Assembly: GCA_942491945.1 (NCBI GenBank)
Contig: CALODD010000067.1
Coordinates: forward strand, 4,518 to 68,517
Length of the DNA: 64,000 bases
Direction: 5' to 3'
From: an uncultured Gammaproteobacteria bacterium
GTDB lineage: Bacteria; Pseudomonadota; Gammaproteobacteria; JAJDYQ01
Below, one piece after another: positions 57,265 to 64,000 of this stretch. A program made the position numbers and the translations under genes. Position 1 is the first letter of the stretch. The number at the start of each line of letters is the position of its first letter. The notes under the pieces were generated by a model that saw nothing but the letters and a program-made list of their open reading frames with translations, was not told the DNA's origin and did no database searches.

Positions 57265-58635
57265 ATGAGTCAGTCTGTATTGGACGCCTGTATTTCCCCA
57301 AACGGGCATCTGGATGTATTATCTCGGTTGGAAATCAGCAAACTGCTGGATACCAGTAGGGGAGATCTGTACCCTCTTTTTCGCAGTTGTTCTCTTGCTG
57401 TTTTGAATTACGGTGAATACCTGGATGATGGGAAAGAGTTGCTTGAGCGATTCAGTAGTTTTGACATCAGTGTTATCCAGGAGGAGCGGGGTATAAAGCT
57501 CGATCTGATAAACGCACCGGAAAATGCTTTTGTGGATGGCGAGATGATCAGAGGCATACGGGAACATCTGTTTGCTGTGCTTCGTGACATCATCTATGTC
57601 GATGATGAGATCAACACCAATCCCAAATTTGATCTCAACAACTCAGGTGATATAACCAATGCCGTTTTTCATATATTGAGAAACGCCAACATTATGCGGC
57701 CGCGCACCAATCCCCGTCTTGTTGTCTGCTGGGGTGGGCACTCCATCCCGGAACATGAATATGATTATACCAAGGAAGTAGGGTATCAACTCGGCCTCCG
57801 TGGTATGGATATTTGTACGGGATGTGGCCCAGGAGCAATGAAAGGGCCTATGAAGGGTGCGGCAGTCGGCCATGCAAAGCAACGTAATTATAGTGGCCAG
57901 TATCTTGGCATCAGCGAACCAGGAATTATTGCTGCGGAATCACCCAACCCCATTGTGAATGCATTGGTGATTATGCCGGATATCGAAAAACGGTTGGAGG
58001 CATTCGTCCGCACCGGGCATGCGGTTGTTGTTTTTCCCGGAGGCGTCGGTACTGCAGAAGAGATTTTGTACCTCCTCGGAATTTTGATGGCGCCGCAGAA
58101 TATGCACATGCCTTTTCCGGTTGTTTTTTCGGGACCGAAAAGTGCGGCTTCTTATTTTGAACAGATTGATGCGTTTATCGGTGCTACTCTGGGCCCGGAA
58201 GCCCAGCAAAGGTATACAATTATCATTGATGAGCCGGAAAAGGTTGCCCTCACTGTTAAGGAAGGGATTGAGCGGGTGCGTCAATTTCGCAAACTCAATG
58301 ATGATGCCTACTATTACAACTGGTTACTGCATATTGATCACAATTTCCAGCATCCGTTTGTACCAACCCATGAGAGCATGAGCCAGCTGAATCTTTCCAT
58401 GGATCAGGAGAAATATCAGTTGGCCGTTAATTTAAGACGCGCCTTTTCCGGGATTGTGGCAGGCAATGTGAAAGATGCAGGAATACGAGCAATAGAGGAA
58501 AAAGGATTGTTTGAGTTGCGAGGGGATTGCGAGATTATGGATCCACTGGATCAATTGCTTGCAGGTTTTATTGATGCCGGAAGGATGAAGTTAGCCACAA
58601 CCTCTTATTCTCCCTGCTATCGATTACAGTCCTGA
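57265..58635 (+). CDS. ppnN: Nucleotide 5'-monophosphate nucleosidase PpnN (LOG family, YgdH-like)
   Basis: LFRSCSLAVLN, VCWGGHSI, CTGCGPGAMKGPMKGA, MPDIEKRLEAFVR, FPGGVGTAEE, NLRRAFSGIVAGNVK. Confidence 0.93.
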   Translation: MSQSVLDACISPNGHLDVLSRLEISKLLDTSRGDLYPLFRSCSLAVLNYGEYLDDGKELLERFSSFDISVIQEERGIKLDLINAPENAFVDGEMIRGIREHLFAVLRDIIYVDDEINTNPKFDLNNSGDITNAVFHILRNANIMRPRTNPRLVVCWGGHSIPEHEYDYTKEVGYQLGLRGMDICTGCGPGAMKGPMKGAAVGHAKQRNYSGQYLGISEPGIIAAESPNPIVNALVIMPDIEKRLEAFVRTGHAVVVFPGGVGTAEEILYLLGILMAPQNMHMPFPVVFSGPKSAASYFEQIDAFIGATLGPEAQQRYTIIIDEPEKVALTVKEGIERVRQFRKLNDDAYYYNWLLHIDHNFQHPFVPTHESMSQLNLSMDQEKYQLAVNLRRAFSGIVAGNVKDAGIRAIEEKGLFELRGDCEIMDPLDQLLAGFIDAGRMKLATTSYSPCYRLQS

Positions 58636-58949
58636 ACAGCTGTCTTGCATCAATTTTTTTTGTCGGTATATTTAGGGGATATGTCGATAACCTGATGTGG
58701 AGTATGTCTTTTCTCGACCAGCCAAAAATAACGGAAAAAAACGCGGCATGAAAAGGCTTTCACGTTGGCCTGTAAATGTTTTCACAAGGTTATAAAGTTA
58801 CAAAAGAAGAGTTCTTTATTCTGAGAAGTTATGGAGGTCTCGAGAAAAACTATTGTTCAGAAGGTATCGTTTAAAAAGGAATAGAAATTACATATTATCG
58901 GATATAACATCAACATTTCTAAAAACTATTTAACGCTAAAGGGAGTACC

Positions 58950-59195
58950 ATGTATTCCGGTAAATTTATAGATAAAACCCAAGAAGAGCAGCAGGCACAT
59001 GTCCGGCAGAACTTTGCGTATACAGACAATCAAGGCTGGTTTTCCCTGGACGGCGAATTTGCAGGGGCTACCCTTGAAGATGTCATAAAAGCGTTGATAG
59101 ATCTGGAAGACGCTGAGATCAATTCCATTGGTGACTGCATGAGTGGCTTTTGTGTTACCCCTCCCAAATTATCTGACTTTGTACGTAAACCCTGA
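58950..59195 (+). CDS. Small hypothetical protein
   Basis: 81 aa, GGGAG SD, C-terminal CMSGFC; convergent with the next ORF. Confidence 0.6.
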   Translation: MYSGKFIDKTQEEQQAHVRQNFAYTDNQGWFSLDGEFAGATLEDVIKALIDLEDAEINSIGDCMSGFCVTPPKLSDFVRKP

Positions 59196-59201
59196 TAAAA
59201 A

Positions 59202-59696
59202 TTAGGCCGAAGGAGCTTGTTTCAGCTCATGGTGCTCTGCAGCATCTTGGATGATTGTTATCAACTTTGAATCAGGAGAGTAAGCTTTCTGCTTGAATTT
59301 TTCCTGAAAGCCGGGCAACTGGTCAAGCAGCAGCGTGTAAAATTGATCATTATCAGTCTCTGATAAATGTTGATCCCCGATTGAGATGATACTTAAGGGG
59401 GCGGCTTCTACCTGTCCATCCAGAAGGCGTAGAGCTGTCAATACGACACAATACTTATCCTTGTCTTTTTGCTGCTGATACTCTTCCCACCTTCTCACCA
59501 CCTCATGAATGACTGAGGTTAGCACTTCTTGAGGGCCAGGAAAAAATTCACCTTTACCAAAGACATTACCAATCACCAGTAAAAGCTCCTCTGTATTTAT
59601 CTCACCCATATTGGTACTGGTAAATTCCATCACTTCTGGATTTTCAGGAATAATGGCAGATTGCTCTTCACCGATGACATAGATATAATTTTGCAT
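59202..59696 (-). CDS. Hypothetical protein
   Basis: 164-aa ORF with GGGAG SD; no motif recognised. Confidence 0.62.
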   Translation of the reverse strand: MQNYIYVIGEEQSAIIPENPEVMEFTSTNMGEINTEELLLVIGNVFGKGEFFPGPQEVLTSVIHEVVRRWEEYQQQKDKDKYCVVLTALRLLDGQVEAAPLSIISIGDQHLSETDNDQFYTLLLDQLPGFQEKFKQKAYSPDSKLITIIQDAAEHHELKQAPSA

Positions 59697-59875
59697 GGAT
59701 GCTCCCGTGGTGTTCTGCTTTTATATTTGTATGGAGGGTGTGACTGCTGTCTGAGAAGGCCAGAAGCTATGCTCCATTTAAGACGGTGAGTAGGTAGTAA
59801 CTACCAGGTCAAGCTCATAGCAAAATTTGTCGTTTCCTACAACCATTTGGCGTAAAAAGGTGTTGCTTGCCTCGG

Positions 59876-60670
59876 TTACGTGTCGTTGAGCTGCCAATCG
59901 TACTCAAGGTAGCGTATGTCAATTGCTCCATTTTTCATTCGTGAAAGTTGATCTGCGGGTATCTGCAAGGAATCGTGATACAAGGCCAAAAATTGATGCA
60001 GTGTCTCCGCCCCTCGCCAGCCTTGCGCGAAATCTTTTTTGTACCACTTGAAAAGAGACGAAATGTGTAACGTATCATTTTCATAACGATTGCGCTGATG
60101 GTCCTGGAGAAAGGTTGTGGCTGCTTCTTCCAGTTGCTCTTCAAGTTTGTCTGCTCTATATGCTTCAGCTCTCAATGCCGGACAACCAATGCTGGCGCAA
60201 TTAACAGCAAAGTGAATCCGCGGTTCATTGTATCGTCCAGACCCTCTGATAAGGTTATGCTCAATATCATCCAGGCTACGTTCTTTTCCCAGCAGCGGAA
60301 TAAACCTTTTTTTCCATGGGGTTTGAAAAAATGAGCCAAGATCCTTGATTGACGACAAATCTGGATATTTGGTTAGAATCAAGGCAACTGTCCACGCATT
60401 GTAGCTGTTAATGAGAAAGGCGAGTTGTTCGTTTTTTGACCAGCTATCAAATTCTTTCACCGTGATCAATGACATGTGTTGCAGGTATTGCTGGAGTGTA
60501 TCATTTTCCTTGGCAATACCTGCATAGTCGACCTGGGTACTGTTGCCGTTGTTTATTGCGCGAACATGTTTTTTGAGAAGTCCGTCCCAGAGATGATGGT
60601 CAACTGCTTGTGCTTTTGGTGACCAGCAACCGACAAGTGATATGATACAGAACAAAATCGCTACTTTCAT
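59876..60670 (-). CDS. DUF547 domain exported protein
   Basis: Signal peptide, EQLAFLINSYNA, LDDIEH, PRIHFAVNCASIGCPAL, YDWQLN. Confidence 0.9.
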   Translation of the reverse strand: MKVAILFCIISLVGCWSPKAQAVDHHLWDGLLKKHVRAINNGNSTQVDYAGIAKENDTLQQYLQHMSLITVKEFDSWSKNEQLAFLINSYNAWTVALILTKYPDLSSIKDLGSFFQTPWKKRFIPLLGKERSLDDIEHNLIRGSGRYNEPRIHFAVNCASIGCPALRAEAYRADKLEEQLEEAATTFLQDHQRNRYENDTLHISSLFKWYKKDFAQGWRGAETLHQFLALYHDSLQIPADQLSRMKNGAIDIRYLEYDWQLNDT

Positions 60671-60859
60671 GATGAGTCCGCTGTGTAGTAATTACCTATT
60701 ATCTCCATTTAGGGGGATCCTTTACGTACAGAATATAAACAGCTTTGCAAAGATTGTGTTTTTTGAGAAGAATTTTTATAAAAAGGTACGGAAAGTAAGG
60801 TATAAGGAAAGAATACAACAGCCTTTACCTGTATAACCCGTGACAAAGGGATATGAGTC

Positions 60860-62440
60860 ATGAGACATGGATATTTTGCTGAATGGACCGTACGTTGGCT
60901 GACGGCAGGGACTATTCTTTTGTGCATAGCTTCCGGGTGTGCGAAGTTACCTGACAACAGTGCATTAGTACCAACAACTGTTATTTCTGCAACAGAGCAA
61001 ACCCACCTTGCCACCTTATTTGCAGATGACAAAAAGCAGCACCCAGGTCAGTCCGGCTTTTATCTGCTTGATAACGGACTTGACGCCTTTGTAGCAAGAG
61101 CAGTGCTTGTCCTGGCGGCTGAGAAAAGTATCGATCTGCAATATTACCTGTATCATCCCGATTTGGTTGGCGGGCTCCTTGCTGATTTGCTTCTCCAGGC
61201 AGCTGATCGAGGAGTCAGAGTACGCCTTCTTCTGGATGATATGGGCCTGGAAGGGCGTGATATAAATTTATTCACTATTGCCCAGCATCCGAATATTTCA
61301 GTTCGAATTTTTAACCCATTTATTCGCGGTAGTTCCAGGGTATCCCAGTTCATCACTCGATTTGGCAGCGTAACTCGTCGGATGCACAATAAATCGTTGA
61401 CCATCGATAATCAGGCCACCATCGTAGGCGGTCGTAATATCGGTAACGAGTATTTTGCTGCAGACCCTGAACTTGCTTTTGGCGATATGGACGTTTTGGC
61501 AATAGGGCCGGTAGTTAACGAAATTTCAAACTCTTTTGATTCCTATTGGAATAATCCACTTTCCTACCCTGTGGAATTAATATCTTCTCAAAAGCCTGAT
61601 CCAGAAGCCCTTGAACGAGCCAGGCCATTGCTGGATGCATATACAAAGAGGCCTGAAGCACAGCAATACGTTCAAGCCCTCAACAATTCACAATTAGCGA
61701 GAGAATTGAAAAACGATGTGCTGCCTTTTTCGTGGGGTAAAGCGGTGGCTGTTTATGATGATCCGGAGAAAATCACAGCTGCTTTGGACGCAAAAGATTT
61801 GCACCTCGCCACCCAGCTCAATCCATTGGTAAACGAGTTAAGCTCTGAATTTTTAATGCTCAGTGCCTATTTTGTTCCTGGGAAAGAAGGGGTCGATTTT
61901 TTTAAAAAATTGCAGAGCCAGGGTGTTCAGGTGCGTATCTTAACCAATTCACTTGCCTCGACCGATGTCGCTGTTGTCCATTGCGGGTATGCAAAATATC
62001 GAAAGGAATTACTACGGGCTGGGGTGGAGTTGTATGAAGTCGCAATTGATGCTTTGCCGGCAGGGAAGAAAAAACAGCAAGTTTTCGATGGGGCATCTAG
62101 GGCAAGTCTGCATGCAAAATCCTATATTTTTGACCGGCAGATCTTGTTTATAGGTTCCTTTAATTTTGACCCACGTTCAGCAGATCAGAACACGGAACTT
62201 GGGATTGTTTTCGATTCACCGGAGCTTGGCCGGAAAATAGGAAAGCGTTTTGATGAGCGGAAAAGTACAAACGTCTATCAGTTGCGGCTGGTCCCGGATA
62301 ATTATGGTGGCGAGGATGTGGAGTGGGTCCGAAAGGAGGGGGGCAGAGAGGTGGTGCGCAGAGTGGAACCGGACACCTCTTTTTTCAAACGATTACTGGT
62401 CAGTGTAATGGCCTTGCTGCCTATAGAGTCGCAATTATAG
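60860..62440 (+). CDS. Phospholipase D family lipoprotein (ClsC/YmdC-like)
   Basis: Lipobox ASGC, two HKD motifs (MHNKSLTID, LHAKSYIFD), GGRNIGNEYF, GSFNFDPRS. Confidence 0.92.
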   Translation: MRHGYFAEWTVRWLTAGTILLCIASGCAKLPDNSALVPTTVISATEQTHLATLFADDKKQHPGQSGFYLLDNGLDAFVARAVLVLAAEKSIDLQYYLYHPDLVGGLLADLLLQAADRGVRVRLLLDDMGLEGRDINLFTIAQHPNISVRIFNPFIRGSSRVSQFITRFGSVTRRMHNKSLTIDNQATIVGGRNIGNEYFAADPELAFGDMDVLAIGPVVNEISNSFDSYWNNPLSYPVELISSQKPDPEALERARPLLDAYTKRPEAQQYVQALNNSQLARELKNDVLPFSWGKAVAVYDDPEKITAALDAKDLHLATQLNPLVNELSSEFLMLSAYFVPGKEGVDFFKKLQSQGVQVRILTNSLASTDVAVVHCGYAKYRKELLRAGVELYEVAIDALPAGKKKQQVFDGASRASLHAKSYIFDRQILFIGSFNFDPRSADQNTELGIVFDSPELGRKIGKRFDERKSTNVYQLRLVPDNYGGEDVEWVRKEGGREVVRRVEPDTSFFKRLLVSVMALLPIESQL

Positions 62441-62469
62441 AAAAAGGGCAGGGAGATTCCTGCCCTCTT
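62441..62469. terminator. Intrinsic terminator between convergent genes
   Basis: AGGGCAGG-gagatt-CCTGCCCT 8-bp stem preceded by an A tract. Confidence 0.78.
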
Positions 62470-62496
62470 AGCAATACAATGTACGGTTGAGCTTGT

Positions 62497-63501
62497 TTAT
62501 TTGCTAATTTTCACGATGGCCCGACCTCTGTTTTTACCTTGCAGGATCAGATCGATTCGCTCATCCAGGGCTTCCATGTTGGGTAATTCAGTGGTTATGT
62601 CTTCCAGGTAGTCGAGCTTCCAGTCAGAAGCGATTTTGTTCCAAACCGCCATCCTGGTGTCAACCGGACAGTTTACCGAATCAATACCCAGCAGGCTTAC
62701 CCCATTAAGGATGAATGGGTAAATGGAAGAAGATAGCTCCGCAGACCCAACATTGCCGCAACAGGTGACGGAACCACCATATTTGGTTGTTTTGATAGCG
62801 GTAGAAAGGATGTTGCCGGCTACCGTATCAATGGCTCCTGCCCAACGGGGCTTTAGCATGGGGCGTCCGCTCTTGTCATCTGCCTCTTCGATGGAGATAA
62901 CTTCTTTAGCGCCAAGTTTTTTAAGATATTCTGTTTCATCAACAATACCGTTGACAGCCACCACCTCGTAGCCTGATTTGACCAGGATGGAAAGCGCTAT
63001 GCTGCCCACTCCGCCGGTGGCACCGGTTACCAGGACTGGTCCATTTCCCGGCACGACCCCATTATTAATCATCTTGTAACAAGAAAGAGCTGCTGTAAAA
63101 CCGGCAGTGCCGTAGATCATGCTCTCGCGCAGGGTAAGGTTTTCCGGCAGCTTAACTATCCAGTCGGCCGGCACCCTGATGTATTCCTGATATCCACCAG
63201 TGGTATTCATGCCCAGGTCGTAGCCGGTAATCAGCACCTCTTCACCTGGGGTAAACTTACTGTTTGTGCTTTCCACAACCACCCCGGCTGCATCGATTCC
63301 AGGAGTGTGCGGATAATAGCGGCTCACCCCTTTGTTGCCGATTGCAGAGAGAGCATCCTTATAATTTAAGGAGGAGTATTGGACGTTGATGATAACCTCT
63401 CCTTCGGGGAGGTCGCTGATTTGCTTTTCCCCTATTTTGCGGGTGAATTTCTTGTCGTCGGACTCCGTAACGATCATTGCCTTGAATGTGATGTTTTCCA
63501 T
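62497..63501 (-). CDS. YhdH/AcuI-family NADPH-dependent (acryloyl-CoA) reductase
   Basis: Start MENITFK at 63501 (GAGGAG SD); YSSLNYKDAL, PGIDAAG, GTAGFTAAL, VTGATGGVGS, PFILNGVSLLGIDSV. Confidence 0.9.
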   Translation of the reverse strand: MENITFKAMIVTESDDKKFTRKIGEKQISDLPEGEVIINVQYSSLNYKDALSAIGNKGVSRYYPHTPGIDAAGVVVESTNSKFTPGEEVLITGYDLGMNTTGGYQEYIRVPADWIVKLPENLTLRESMIYGTAGFTAALSCYKMINNGVVPGNGPVLVTGATGGVGSIALSILVKSGYEVVAVNGIVDETEYLKKLGAKEVISIEEADDKSGRPMLKPRWAGAIDTVAGNILSTAIKTTKYGGSVTCCGNVGSAELSSSIYPFILNGVSLLGIDSVNCPVDTRMAVWNKIASDWKLDYLEDITTELPNMEALDERIDLILQGKNRGRAIVKISK

Positions 63502-63579
63502 GCTCTGCTCCTCTTTTAATGTGGCCATTTGTTGTGGTGGATGGAACGTGTGTATCCTGCTTAACTTCAGTATCTATGG

Positions 63580-64000
63580 TTAACAAAGAATAATGTGCCG
63601 CAGGGTCTGGTGAAAACTTTCCAGTGGTTGCTGGTTTTTGTTAGCCTTCATAATCACCAGTGCCCCCAGCCAACTGTTACGCAGCAAATCAGTCAATTGC
63701 TCAATATCCCGATCAGCCGGCAAGTCGCCTTTGGCCTGCGCTTCCTTGAGGCACTCAATAATCGGTTGATATTCTTTGGTAAAAGCGGTTGAAGCCTCGG
63801 TGGCAATAAGTTCGCTCACATCAGCCATTTCCAAGGTGATGTTGCACAGAAAACAGCCAAATGAAAATCTTCCTCGGTTAATAAAGTGGTCAATCTTCAT
63901 CCGGTAGAGGTTTTCAATGCGTTGAAGAGGCGGTGTTTCGGAATCGGTAAGGATCTCCTCCATCACTGACAGTTCTTTACCAGTGAAGTACTGCATTGCT
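63580..64000 (-). CDS. TetR-family regulator (NemR/AcuR-like C-terminal domain), 5' end outside the window
   Basis: GCFLCNITLEM, LKEAQAKGDLP, NSWLGAL; lies upstream of the yhdH/acuI gene. Confidence 0.8.
   Translation of the reverse strand, partial: AMQYFTGKELSVMEEILTDSETPPLQRIENLYRMKIDHFINRGRFSFGCFLCNITLEMADVSELIATEASTAFTKEYQPIIECLKEAQAKGDLPADRDIEQLTDLLRNSWLGALVIMKANKNQQPLESFHQTLRHIILC

Overview
The window is best read as a mosaic of three unrelated sequence blocks joined without gaps. Block A (1 to ~5483) is a catabolic-type cluster: two SDRs, an amidohydrolase, a MsrQ-like membrane protein and a truncated beta-propeller gene. Block B (~5484 to ~54800) is the replication-origin region of a gammaproteobacterium. 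It carries sensor kinases, hemF-tsaC-rimO, hemH, an unusual MotA/ExbB-type plus coiled-coil partner gene pair followed by an RND pump, phoH, xth, gor, glyS-gmhB-plsC, a ParE-type toxin-antitoxin pair, gyrB-recF-dnaN-oriC-dnaA, rpmH-rnpA-yidC-mnmE, mnmG-rsmG-parAB and an atp operon that breaks off inside atpD. Block C (~54922 to 64000) has a secreted YD-repeat protein with a tandemly duplicated unknown domain, ppnN, DUF547, a phospholipase D, and an acuI/yhdH-like gene with a TetR regulator; a Desulfobacterota-like origin is my inference only. The B/C junction contains an error-rich inverted (fold-back) copy of atpD. Essential or conserved genes (gyrB, rsmG, parB) carry indels, several at homopolymer runs, which points to long-read artefacts rather than pseudogenes. 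I found no rRNA, tRNA, CRISPR array or transposase. The best candidate for an undescribed system is the ion-motor-like pair at 12771-14764: its B subunit has a MotB/ExbD-like acidic transmembrane helix, a ~165-residue coiled coil and no OmpA domain, and no TonB gene is nearby. Next best are two cytoplasmic Cache-domain paralogs and the duplicated-domain YD protein.
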